Part shown: one piece after another, positions 11,354 to 20,671 of the stretch | How the letters are laid out: the number at the start of each line of letters is the position of its first letter | How positions within the stretch are numbered: position 1 is the first letter of the stretch | NCBI GenBank assembly: GCA_902626605.1 | Contig: CACOFZ010000006.1 | Span: 2,809-66,808 of the forward strand | DNA: 64,000 nucleotides | Direction: 5' to 3' | DNA from: an uncultured PS1 clade bacterium | Lineage (GTDB): Bacteria > Pseudomonadota > Alphaproteobacteria > MED-G09 | Notes under the pieces: generated by a model | The model's input: only the letters and a program-made list of their open reading frames with translations | The model's database searches: none | Told to the model about the DNA's origin: nothing | Position numbers and translations under genes: made by a program

Positions 11354-12697
11354 CTAAATATTACTATTCTCAAATGGTTTTACGTTAATTGGATTTAAGT
11401 CCGGGTCTTTATAAGAATTTTCTCCAACTTTAATTAATTTTTTTTCTAGAATATTATTTTTATACTCATTACGGGAATTTTTTAAACTATTTATAAAATC
11501 TTTTGATTTAATAAGAGATAATATTCCACCGTTTTTTTCTTTTTCTTTTATATTTTTCCAAACATTTCGCGCAATTTCATTGGTTAATTTTTCAATGTAG
11601 AAAGATCCGCCCGAGGGGTCTTGAACTCTTGATATTCTTGATTCTTCTTGCAGTATAATATGAGTATTTCTTGTCAATCTTTTTATAAAATCAGGAGCCT
11701 GACCAAGTTTGTGGGTAATATTATTGCAAATTATTTTATTTGATCCACCAATAGCCGAAGCCAATGCTGCTGTAGTTATTCTTAATTGATTAACCCAAGG
11801 ATCCTTTTCAAATAGAATATTTGACGATGATCTTGATGTGATGTTTAGTTTACCGTTGAAATCTAAATATTTAAAAATGTTATTAAATATTATTCTTAAT
11901 GCTCTTATTTTTGAAATTGATGTAAAAAAGTCGGTATTTGTAGATAAAGTAATATTAATTGATTTTTCATTCTGATTTTTACTTTGGTGGTTTTCATAAA
12001 ATTTTAAAAAACTTAAAGCTAATAATTCAATTTCTTCAGAGGTATTGGCACCAAGTTCATTCCATAAGCTTCCATCAAAGTTTACTATATTAATATTTTC
12101 GAATTCACTATTAATTTTATCATGAAAAACCCTAATTTCTTTATAATTAATGATATTATTGTTACCATTTTTTGAGAATTCCTCTAGCCAAAAATTTGAT
12201 GCAAATGGATCAATTTCGTAACCACCCATGACATCTTTGTTTTTATTTTTTATAAAATCTATGTAATTTAATATTTTTTCTTTTGAATAATTAATATCTC
12301 TTATAAAAACTGGCGCAATTGATAGATCAACATTGTTTAGAATTTTATCAAGAGTATTTATCTCAAAAAAAGATAATTCAACAGAATTACTGCCTCTTTC
12401 AAGCTCACCTAAAATTCTTCCATTTAATATTTTAGGGTCATTGTGATGATCAACTGTAGTACATATATACCAGGGCATAAATTCATTAATGTCTGATTTT
12501 AACCCCCTTCTTGAAGAATGGCTGTAATCATCTTCTTCATCAGCTGATGTATACAGAGGTTTAATTTTTAAATCTTTGTCTATTTGTTTATTTAAATCTT
12601 TTAAGCTTAAATCTTTAAGAGCTGCAGAGGCAACCTTTTCCCATTCAGAGATATCAATTTTTTTAGCATTTAAATATTTTTCTATATTTTTAGACAT
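11354..12697 (-). CDS. mutA: Methylmalonyl-CoA mutase small (beta, non-catalytic) subunit-like protein
   Basis: MCM-fold homology (KPLYTSAD..., QDPSGGSFYIEKLT). At 447 aa it lacks any C-terminal B12-like domain. Sits directly upstream of and co-directional with the alpha subunit. Confidence 0.65.
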   Translation of the reverse strand: MSKNIEKYLNAKKIDISEWEKVASAALKDLSLKDLNKQIDKDLKIKPLYTSADEEDDYSHSSRRGLKSDINEFMPWYICTTVDHHNDPKILNGRILGELERGSNSVELSFFEINTLDKILNNVDLSIAPVFIRDINYSKEKILNYIDFIKNKNKDVMGGYEIDPFASNFWLEEFSKNGNNNIINYKEIRVFHDKINSEFENINIVNFDGSLWNELGANTSEEIELLALSFLKFYENHQSKNQNEKSINITLSTNTDFFTSISKIRALRIIFNNIFKYLDFNGKLNITSRSSSNILFEKDPWVNQLRITTAALASAIGGSNKIICNNITHKLGQAPDFIKRLTRNTHIILQEESRISRVQDPSGGSFYIEKLTNEIARNVWKNIKEKEKNGGILSLIKSKDFINSLKNSRNEYKNNILEKKLIKVGENSYKDPDLNPINVKPFENSNI

Positions 12698-12793
12698 AAA
12701 TTACTTATACGATAATTTTTAATTATTTAATACAAATACGATATAAACATTTATATTAAAAATGGTAATAGTTAAGTAGAAAATTTAATAAAT

Positions 12794-13519
12794 ATGAAGA
12801 ATATTTTTATAAATCCAGGGCAATTAAATAAGCTTTCCGAATTTTTATCTCCATGGCTCGCAATAATTTCATTTATCTTCCTAATTTTTGGACTATGGCT
12901 ATCATTTTTTTATTCACCAATTGATTATCAACAAGGAAACGCTGTAAGAATTTTATATATTCATGCTCCATCAGCTTGGTTAAGTATGTTAATTTATTCA
13001 TTTTTAGCAATAAATAGTTTTTTTGGTCTAGTTTTTGGCCATGTAACAGCCTTTACTCTTGCAAGAGCAGCTGCGCCCATAGGACTAACATTTACTGCCA
13101 TTTGTTTAGTTACTGGATCTGTTTGGGGTAAACCAATGTGGGGAACTTGGTGGGTTTGGGATGCAAGATTAACCTCTGTGTTAGTCTTATTCTTTTTTTA
13201 TATTGGATATATTATTTTTTTAAAATCATTTAGTGATTTTACAAAAGGTGAAAAATTTTCTTCTATATTATCCATTATAGGCATAGTTAATTTACCTATC
13301 ATTAAATTTTCAGTTGATTATTGGAATACACTTCATCAACCTGCCAGTATTTCTAAATTTAGCTCACCATCTATTCATATTGATATGCTTATTCCTTTGA
13401 TTGTAATGTTTTTATCTTTCCTATTTTTATTTTTGTATATTTTGATTTTAAGGTTTCAAGCAGAATTAATTATTAGAAAAATTAATATTAATAATATGAA
13501 ATTTTATAAGGATAGTTGA
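12794..13519 (+). CDS. ccmC: Heme exporter protein C (cytochrome c maturation)
   Basis: WGxxWxWD tryptophan-rich motif (WGKPMWGTWWVWDARLTS); 241 aa, multi-TM. Confidence 0.9.
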   Translation: MKNIFINPGQLNKLSEFLSPWLAIISFIFLIFGLWLSFFYSPIDYQQGNAVRILYIHAPSAWLSMLIYSFLAINSFFGLVFGHVTAFTLARAAAPIGLTFTAICLVTGSVWGKPMWGTWWVWDARLTSVLVLFFFYIGYIIFLKSFSDFTKGEKFSSILSIIGIVNLPIIKFSVDYWNTLHQPASISKFSSPSIHIDMLIPLIVMFLSFLFLFLYILILRFQAELIIRKININNMKFYKDS

Positions 13520-13653
13520 TGAAAGATTATTCAATTTATATTTTGGCGGCTTATTCATTTTGTTTTTTAAGCTTAATACTTTTGATTTTTTTATCAAAAA
13601 TATATCTTTCAAAATCAGAAAAAAAGCTCAATGAAATCGATAAAAATGGTTAG
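13519..13653 (+). CDS. ccmD: Heme exporter protein D (44 aa). Not in the ORF track.
   Basis: Hand-translated MKDYSIYILAAYSFCFLSLILLIFLSKIYLSKSEKKLNEIDKNG: a single TM helix with a charged tail. The ATG overlaps the ccmC stop (TGATG). It lies between ccmC and ccmE, where ccmD always sits. Confidence 0.7.
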   Translation: MKDYSIYILAAYSFCFLSLILLIFLSKIYLSKSEKKLNEIDKNG

Positions 13654-14137
13654 AAGAAGAAAAAAAATTTATAGAATAATTTCTTTATTATTAATTATCT
13701 CTATTTCACTTTTTTTAATAATTTATGCCTTAAGAGATAATGTAATTTTCTTTTATTCACCTTCCGAGGTAAGAGAAAAGGTGGCTAAAAAAGAAATAAT
13801 TGATGGCTCTCTAATAAGACTAGGGGGCCTTGTTCAGGAGAATAGTTTCTTGCGAAATAATAAAAGCCAAATATTTTTTGTTATAACTGATTATAAGAAA
13901 GAAATTTCTGTTGTTTATTCAGGTATTCTTCCGGATCTTTTTGAGGAAGGTCAGGGCGTTATAGCAGAGGGTTTTTTAAGAATAAACGAAAATTCAATGA
14001 AATTTCCAGAAAAATTTTCATTAAAAAAAAATGATTTTTATTTTGAGGCACAAACTATATTAGCAAAACATGATGAGAATTATATGCCTCCAGAGGTCGC
14101 AGATGCTCTAGAAATGGAGATGAATGATAATGACTAG
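13631..14137 (+). CDS. ccmE: Cytochrome c-type biogenesis heme chaperone CcmE
   Basis: FFYSPSEV N-terminal motif and heme-binding His in LAKHDENYMPPEV. The alternative start at 13646 (MVRRRKK...) is equally plausible. Confidence 0.9.
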   Translation: MKSIKMVRRRKKIYRIISLLLIISISLFLIIYALRDNVIFFYSPSEVREKVAKKEIIDGSLIRLGGLVQENSFLRNNKSQIFFVITDYKKEISVVYSGILPDLFEEGQGVIAEGFLRINENSMKFPEKFSLKKNDFYFEAQTILAKHDENYMPPEVADALEMEMNDND

Positions 14138-16400
14138 TTTTGCTGATTTTAGTATCTTATTTGTAGCAATTTTTTCAATATTGCAGTTTTTGTCTCCATT
14201 AGTTGGAAATAAAATAAATTTGAAAAATTTAAACTATATCGTTTCATTTTTTTCTATTTCAAGTTTTATATTATTAACTATTTCTTTTAGCATCCTAATT
14301 TTAGCCTATGTAAATTCTGATTTCTCATTATTAAATGTTTGGTCTAATTCCCATACATCAAAGCCTCTAATTTATAAAATTTCTGGTTCGTGGGGTAACC
14401 ATGAAGGATCTATGCTTTTATGGTGTTGGGTAATGTCACTCTATGGTTTTTTAGTAGCAATAAATTTTCAAAAAATATCCTCAAATTTCAAAATAAGAAT
14501 TCTTATGTTCCAAGGTATTTTAAGCTTTGGGTTTATTACTTTTTTAAAATTCAAGTCAAATCCATTTGAAAAATTATTTCCCATTCCTGAAGAGGGAATT
14601 GGTTTAAATCCATTACTACAAGACCCTGGCTTGGCTTTTCACCCTCCATTCCTATATTTAGGTTATGTTGGTTTGTCGATTGTATGGTCTTTTGCACTGG
14701 CAGGTCTTTTTAATGAGAGCTTTGATAGAGATTGGGCCACAAAAACAAAACCCTGGGTTATTATATCTTGGATCTTTTTATCTGTTGGAATTACTCTTGG
14801 GTCTTATTGGGCTTACTATGAACTAGGCTGGGGTGGTTTTTGGTTTTGGGACCCAGTTGAGAATGCTTCACTAATTCCATGGATAGTTGCAACTGCTCTT
14901 ATGCACTCAATACTTGTAATGGAAAAAAGAGGGATTTTAGTAAATTGGTGTATATTGTTATCAATACTTGGTTTCGCCTTATCAATGGTTGGAACATTTA
15001 TTGTTAGATCCGGATTATTGACATCTGTTCATGCTTTTGCAAATGACCCTGATAGGGGATTATTCATTTTAACTCTCATTGCAATCTATATTGTTGGAAG
15101 TCTTTTAGTTTTTGCTATTAAGCCAATACGTCAAATTAAAATATCTCAGTATAATTTACTCAGTAAAGATTTTTTTCTTATAATAAATAATTTATTATTG
15201 ATTGTCTCAGCTTTAACTATTTTTATTGGCACAATATACCCAATGATTTTAGAAATCTTTTCTGGGGATAGAATTTCGGTTGGTACTCCTTTTTATACAA
15301 TTACTGTAGTACCAATAATTTTTTTATTTTCATTTTTAGCACCCATAGCGATATTTTTACCATGGGGAAAACTCAGGGCTAAATTTGAATACATCAAAAT
15401 CTTTTTACTATTTGTAATATCATTATTATTAACTTGGATTTTTTATATCTACTTTAATATTCAAAATTTATTTTCAAATTTAGGGGTTTTTGCTTCATTT
15501 TGGATTATCTTAAGTTCCATCCAAGGGCTTATTAAGAAAAATAACGTAAGTCTTTCGTCTTTTTTTGGACATGTCGGTCTGGGTATTTTAATACTTGGCT
15601 GCTCTGTATCAATATCGTCACAAAAACAATTTGAGGGACCATTAAATCTAAATGAAAAGATTAATATAGGAGATTATAAGGTTAAGTTTTTAAATGTTAA
15701 AGACGGTAATGGACCAAATTATATAAATTCTACTGGAAATTTCTCTCTAGAAAAGGCTGATAAAATTATAAAATTAAGTGCAGAAAAAAGATTTTATCCT
15801 GTAGAGAAGTCAGTTACGACCGAAGCAGGAATTTATTCAAAATATTTTTCACACATTTATATAATTTTAGGAGAGAAAATTAATTCTGAGAAATGGGTGG
15901 TTAGAATTTGGTATAAACCTCTTGTTTCATTAATTTGGATTGGAGCATTAATTACTGCATTTGGAGGATTGTTATCCTTATACAAAAATATCAATTTTAA
16001 AAAGAACTTGAAATACCTAATTCTTTTATTGATTTTTTTATGTTCATATCCTCTTCATACCTTTGCAAGTCAGAATAATAATTATGAAACTGAGCAAATT
16101 GAAAATCGTATAAAATCAATTAATCAAAATATAAGGTGCTTGGTATGCGAGTCTCAAACTATAGATGAGTCAAATTCTCCTTTGGCAAAGGACCTTAGGA
16201 GCATTGTAAGACAAAAAGTTTTAAATAATGAAACAGATGAGAATATTTATAATTATTTTAGGGAGAGGTATGGTGATTATATAATTATGAAACCTCCATT
16301 TAAATTTAATACATTTCTTTTATGGATTGCACCTTTCTTATTTTTAATTTTCGGTATAGCCATAATTTATAAATTTCAAAAAAAACAAAATGGTAGCTGA
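14124..16400 (+). CDS. ccmF: Cytochrome c heme lyase CcmF with a C-terminal CcmH-like domain fused in frame
   Basis: About 628 aa of CcmF (WGGFWFWDPVENASL WWD motif, conserved His-containing loops). This is followed with no stop by a signal-peptide-like hydrophobic stretch and the CcmH CXXC motif RCLVCESQTIDESNSPLAKDLR; 758 aa in total. Confidence 0.85.
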   Translation: MIMTSFADFSILFVAIFSILQFLSPLVGNKINLKNLNYIVSFFSISSFILLTISFSILILAYVNSDFSLLNVWSNSHTSKPLIYKISGSWGNHEGSMLLWCWVMSLYGFLVAINFQKISSNFKIRILMFQGILSFGFITFLKFKSNPFEKLFPIPEEGIGLNPLLQDPGLAFHPPFLYLGYVGLSIVWSFALAGLFNESFDRDWATKTKPWVIISWIFLSVGITLGSYWAYYELGWGGFWFWDPVENASLIPWIVATALMHSILVMEKRGILVNWCILLSILGFALSMVGTFIVRSGLLTSVHAFANDPDRGLFILTLIAIYIVGSLLVFAIKPIRQIKISQYNLLSKDFFLIINNLLLIVSALTIFIGTIYPMILEIFSGDRISVGTPFYTITVVPIIFLFSFLAPIAIFLPWGKLRAKFEYIKIFLLFVISLLLTWIFYIYFNIQNLFSNLGVFASFWIILSSIQGLIKKNNVSLSSFFGHVGLGILILGCSVSISSQKQFEGPLNLNEKINIGDYKVKFLNVKDGNGPNYINSTGNFSLEKADKIIKLSAEKRFYPVEKSVTTEAGIYSKYFSHIYIILGEKINSEKWVVRIWYKPLVSLIWIGALITAFGGLLSLYKNINFKKNLKYLILLLIFLCSYPLHTFASQNNNYETEQIENRIKSINQNIRCLVCESQTIDESNSPLAKDLRSIVRQKVLNNETDENIYNYFRERYGDYIIMKPPFKFNTFLLWIAPFLFLIFGIAIIYKFQKKQNGS

Positions 16401-16989
16401 GATGAATAAATTAATTATTTCAAATCTATCGTGTCATAGATCGGGTAATGAAATCTTTAAAAATATATCATTCAACTTAAATTCCGGTGAAATTTGCTTA
16501 TTAACTGGCTCAAATGGGTCTGGTAAAACAACTTTTTTAAGAGCACTTGCTGGTTTGTTACCTATAAGTTTCGGTTCTATAAAATATAACAATGCGCAAT
16601 GCTTAAATGATAACTTTTATATTTTAGGTCATAAGCTAGGCATTAAAGATGAGATTACACCCTATGAAGATTTACTTTTTTGGTCATCAATATATGAATA
16701 CGAGAATTTTCATGATTTAATAATTATGCTTGGTCTTTCAGACAGTAAATTTCTAAAATGTAAGTACCTTTCTCAAGGGCAAAAACAAAGACTGGCAATT
16801 GCAAGGCTTATAATTTCAAAAAAGTCTATTTGGCTGCTCGATGAACCTATATCTTCATTAGACAAAGATGGCATTAGTTTATTTAAAGAAATAATAACTA
16901 AACATCTTAAAACTGGCGGAATAGCTGTAATTTCATCTCATATTGATTTTTTAAAAAAATATGATCTTAAAATAAGCATGGATAATTAA
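16390..16989 (+). CDS. ccmA: Heme exporter ABC ATPase
   Basis: Walker A GSNGSGKTT, ABC signature LSQGQKQR and Walker B LLDEP; 199 aa. Confidence 0.85.
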   Translation: MVAEMNKLIISNLSCHRSGNEIFKNISFNLNSGEICLLTGSNGSGKTTFLRALAGLLPISFGSIKYNNAQCLNDNFYILGHKLGIKDEITPYEDLLFWSSIYEYENFHDLIIMLGLSDSKFLKCKYLSQGQKQRLAIARLIISKKSIWLLDEPISSLDKDGISLFKEIITKHLKTGGIAVISSHIDFLKKYDLKISMDN

Positions 16990-17664
16990 ATGAAAAATTT
17001 AAAATTAATTTTTTACAAAGAAATGAAAGACTCTCTCACTTTAAAGGGAAGTTATATATTATCTTTGGCATTTTTTTCAATTTCAATAATTTTATTGCCT
17101 ATAGGAGTAGGGCCAAATAAAACGTTTATATCAACTATATCATCGGGTTTAATTTGGGTTTCAATAATTTTAACATCTTTACTTTCTTTAGGTAATATTT
17201 TTCATGAAGATTTCAATGATGGAACGCTTGATTTATATAAAATTGGTCCTTTTACTATAATTGAGGTTTGTTTTATTAAGGCCATAGTTCATTGGCTATC
17301 AAATTTTTTACCTTTAATTTTAATTGCTCCAATTTTAAGTATTTTTATAGAATTTCCTCCTAATTTATTGATTTATTTAATTTTTTCTTTAATTTTAGGA
17401 ACTCCTGCCTTGAGTTTTATAGGAATCTTAGGATCCTCACTAACTTTATCTTTAAAGCAGCATAATTTATTAATACCTCTTATAATTTTTCCACTTTTTA
17501 TTCCTACTTTGATTTTTGGATCTGGGGCTATTTCATCATTAATTTTTGTTGGATTTGAAGACTTATTTATGAGACAGCTATTGATTTTAACTGGAATAAG
17601 CGGATTATCAATAGCTTTATGTCCTTTTGGATGTAAATATATACTAGATGTTAATTATGATTAA
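16990..17664 (+). CDS. ccmB: Heme exporter permease CcmB
   Basis: 224-aa six-TM protein directly after ccmA; CcmB family pattern. Confidence 0.8.
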   Translation: MKNLKLIFYKEMKDSLTLKGSYILSLAFFSISIILLPIGVGPNKTFISTISSGLIWVSIILTSLLSLGNIFHEDFNDGTLDLYKIGPFTIIEVCFIKAIVHWLSNFLPLILIAPILSIFIEFPPNLLIYLIFSLILGTPALSFIGILGSSLTLSLKQHNLLIPLIIFPLFIPTLIFGSGAISSLIFVGFEDLFMRQLLILTGISGLSIALCPFGCKYILDVNYD

Positions 17665-18026
17665 CCATCATCATCAGGTATAAATTTTAAAGCTAAACCA
17701 TTGATACAATATCTCAAGCCAGTTGGTTTTGGTCCATCTTTAAAAACATGACCTAAATGCTCACCTTCTTTAGAGAGAATTTCCTCCCTTATCATTCCAT
17801 GGGATGTATCTCTTTTAACGACAATATTTTCTTTTATTGCATCATAAAAACTAGGCCATCCACTTCCTGACTCAAATTTTGTTTCAGATCTAAAAACAGG
17901 TAAACCCTTATCAGCAGTTATATAAGTGCCAGGTCTTTTTTCTTGAAGTAAATCGCTTGTTCCAGGCATTTCAGTTCCAGAGTTATAAAGTATATTTTTT
18001 TGTTCATCTGTTAAATTATTTGTCAT
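17661..18026 (-). CDS. msrB: Peptide methionine-(R)-S-oxide reductase MsrB, zinc-free form
   Basis: GWPSF, HLGHVF and catalytic RYCINGLAL motifs are present. Both CxxC zinc-binding pairs are absent. Confidence 0.85.
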   Translation of the reverse strand: MTNNLTDEQKNILYNSGTEMPGTSDLLQEKRPGTYITADKGLPVFRSETKFESGSGWPSFYDAIKENIVVKRDTSHGMIREEILSKEGEHLGHVFKDGPKPTGLRYCINGLALKFIPDDDG

Positions 18027-18110
18027 TCTTAAATTATTCCTTATTTAATTAAATTATACACTAATTACTTTACACAGTGATGTAAAATTGGCATTTTGTC
18101 GATATTAATT

Positions 18111-18200
18111 GGAGAGGTGGCCGAGTGGTCGAAGGCGCTCCCCTGCTAAGGGAGTATACGAGCAATCGTATCGTGGGTTCGAATCCCACTCTCTCCGCCA
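18111..18200 (+). tRNA. tRNA-Ser (anticodon GCU), class II with long variable arm; coordinates include the encoded CCA
   Basis: Cloverleaf read directly from the sequence: acceptor GGAGAGG/CCTCTCC, anticodon loop CUGCUAA, long extra arm, T-loop GGTTCGAATCC, 3' CCA. Confidence 0.9.
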
Positions 18201-18310
18201 TAAAAATAATTTTTAATATTAAAAAATAATATAATTTTAATAAAGTTTTGTTGACTGAGTAACTAAACATTTGTAATTTACAGCAGTAATTTAATGGGGA
18301 TTATCAAGTC

Positions 18311-20596
18311 ATGAAAAAAACATTATTTAGCTTATTCATATTTTTCGCAATTATTTTAAATTTTAAAACTACTACTTTTGCTCAAGAGACTTCAAATCAG
18401 ATTAGTGATATTGAAGAAATTGTTGTAACATCTCAAAAAAGAGCAAATGCAATTGCTGCTCAAGACTTACCTGTAAGTGTCACAGCAATAAATGAACAAC
18501 TAATTTTAGAATCTGAGTCAGTAGATTTAACTGACATTGGTAGAATGGTTCCGAATGCAACACTTCATCCTTCGGCTACTTTCGCAAGTACGCCAAATTT
18601 CTTAATTCGTGGTATTGGTATAAGCGGAACAACCAGATCACTTGATCCTGCGGTTGGTGTTATTGTGGATGGCGTTTATCTAGGATTCCCAGTAGGTGCA
18701 AATCTAGATATGTTTGATAGAGAGTCAATTGAAATATTAAGAGGTCCGCAAGGTACTATTCTAGGTAGAAATGTTACTGGTGGTGCGGTAGTGGTTCGTA
18801 CAAAAAGACCTTCAGGTGAATTTGGAGTAAAAGCAGATGTTACCGTAGGTGATTATAGTAGAAGAGATTTATCTTTCAGTTTTGAAGGACCTATAAGTGA
18901 TACCATATCAGGTAAAATAGCAGTTATGTCTAGAGAAAGAGATGGATATTGGAAAGACAATAATGGTGGTACTATGGTACCGACAGCTGGTGCGATTGCA
19001 AGAGGGTATGATGAAACTGGTTTTGGTGAATCAGGTACAAAACCCGATGTAGATCTAACAATTATTAGACCAATGTTGTTGATTGAACCTAATGAAAATC
19101 TTGATATTACCCTAATTGGAGAATTTCTCTCTGACAAAAGTGGTACAGCCGACAGTAGAAATTTTGTAAATTCTAGCTCCCTAAGAAGGACACAGTTATT
19201 TGGTTACACTCCACCAGAAGATAGATATGAGATAAATCATAATTTAATGGGTGGAAATGACCTTGAAATTGATACTTTTGTTGGTGAGTTTAATTTACAA
19301 ACGGACACTGGAATTCTTACAGGTATAGCTTCTTACAGAGAGTTAACTTATGATTCAAGTACAGATTTTGATGGATCACCAATAACTTTATTCCATTTTC
19401 CTGATAATCATGAAGAACAAGAACAACAAACATTTGAATTAAGATATGCAGGATCAGCCTCTGATAATATAGATTATGTTGTAGGTATTAGCTATTTTGA
19501 TCAAGAAATGTTTGTTGGTGAGAGAAGGGATTTTGGTGTTGCTGACATCGCTGGAGTAGTAGAACTTTCACATGACAGTATCGGTATTTTTGCTGAATTA
19601 GATTACTCAATTACTGATAAAACTAAAATTACTCTTGGTGCCAGATGGACAGAAGAGAGTAAAGATGTAATTTTCAACGCTATCGGTTCATGTGAAAAAG
19701 ATTTCAGTTCTTGTTCTGGTCCTTCTTCTGGTTTGTCTGTAGCTGGAACATTCGATGATACAACACCTAAAGTTGCTATTACTCATGCACTCAATGATGA
19801 TGTAAATATCTATGCTAGCTATACTCAAGGATTTAGAAGTGGAACATTTGATGCTCGTGCAAGAACAGTTGACTCTTTTCTAAACAGTAAACCTGGCCCT
19901 GAAGAAGTTACTAGTTTTGAACTAGGTATGAAATCAACTTTCAATGATGGTAAGATACTTTTAAATATTGCTTTATTCCAGGCTGATTATGATGATATTC
20001 AAAAACTTGCTCTTGAGGAGTGTGAAGTTGACATTGTTACATGCCCAAGCGGTCGAATACAAAGATTAATAAATGCAGCTAAAGCTACTATTGAAGGTAT
20101 TGAAATAGAAACAAGAATTAATATTACTGATCAATTTAGTATCCAAGGCTCATTAGGTTATACCGATGCTGGTTTTGATGAATTCCTTGGTTTTGATGCT
20201 GACGGCGTTAGAGGTTATGATCCTGTGACAGATCCAGCTGCAGCAGCAGCATTGAAATTTGAGAGAGTTCCAGAGTTAACATACAACATAATGGCTAATT
20301 ATTTCCAACCGTTATCTAACGGCGCAGAAATAGATTTTAGATTAGCATATTCTTATACTGATGACTTTACTAATGATGCTCTTGGAACGAGAGCGATCAT
20401 AACTGACTCGTATGGACTTCTTGATGCAAGTGTATCATATACCTTTGCTGAAAGTGGACTTAAGTTAACTGTCTTTGGTAAGAATATTACTGATGAGGAT
20501 TATCATGATTTCGCTCTTGATAATGCTCTTACAAGCCTAACATGGGGCGGTGTTCCAGATACTTATGGACTTCGTCTTACTTATTCATTTGAATAA
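18311..20596 (+). CDS. TonB-dependent outer-membrane receptor
   Basis: Signal peptide (MKKTLFSLFIFFAIILNFKTTTFA), plug domain with TonB-box-like EEIVVTSQKR, and a long beta-barrel with TBDR motifs (ILRGPQGTILGRN). The C-terminus ...LRLTYSFE ends in Glu rather than an aromatic residue. Confidence 0.8.
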   Translation: MKKTLFSLFIFFAIILNFKTTTFAQETSNQISDIEEIVVTSQKRANAIAAQDLPVSVTAINEQLILESESVDLTDIGRMVPNATLHPSATFASTPNFLIRGIGISGTTRSLDPAVGVIVDGVYLGFPVGANLDMFDRESIEILRGPQGTILGRNVTGGAVVVRTKRPSGEFGVKADVTVGDYSRRDLSFSFEGPISDTISGKIAVMSRERDGYWKDNNGGTMVPTAGAIARGYDETGFGESGTKPDVDLTIIRPMLLIEPNENLDITLIGEFLSDKSGTADSRNFVNSSSLRRTQLFGYTPPEDRYEINHNLMGGNDLEIDTFVGEFNLQTDTGILTGIASYRELTYDSSTDFDGSPITLFHFPDNHEEQEQQTFELRYAGSASDNIDYVVGISYFDQEMFVGERRDFGVADIAGVVELSHDSIGIFAELDYSITDKTKITLGARWTEESKDVIFNAIGSCEKDFSSCSGPSSGLSVAGTFDDTTPKVAITHALNDDVNIYASYTQGFRSGTFDARARTVDSFLNSKPGPEEVTSFELGMKSTFNDGKILLNIALFQADYDDIQKLALEECEVDIVTCPSGRIQRLINAAKATIEGIEIETRINITDQFSIQGSLGYTDAGFDEFLGFDADGVRGYDPVTDPAAAAALKFERVPELTYNIMANYFQPLSNGAEIDFRLAYSYTDDFTNDALGTRAIITDSYGLLDASVSYTFAESGLKLTVFGKNITDEDYHDFALDNALTSLTWGGVPDTYGLRLTYSFE

Positions 20597-20621
20597 AGGT
20601 TTCTCAATAAAATAAAAAATT

Positions 20622-20650
20622 AAAAAGGCCATTTTAAAATGGCCTTTTTT
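20622..20650 (+). terminator. Rho-independent terminator after the TonB-dependent receptor
   Basis: Perfect palindrome AAAAAGGCCATTTT/AAAATGGCCTTTTT followed by a T-run. Confidence 0.7.
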
Positions 20651-20671
20651 ATTAAATTTAAATTGGTAATT

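Noticed and set aside
18070-18270. 66-aa minus-strand ORF from the six-frame track
   Set aside because: It lies entirely across the tRNA-Ser gene (18111-18200) and its flanks. The sequence is low-complexity with no RBS. The tRNA cloverleaf explains this region.
20639-20671. N-terminal extension of the amidohydrolase ORF (MAFFIKFKLVI-) suggested by the six-frame track
   Set aside because: These codons lie inside the perfect terminator palindrome after the TonB-dependent receptor. The ATG at 20672 gives a normal N-terminus (MTINEKQKRYYDW...) for the family.
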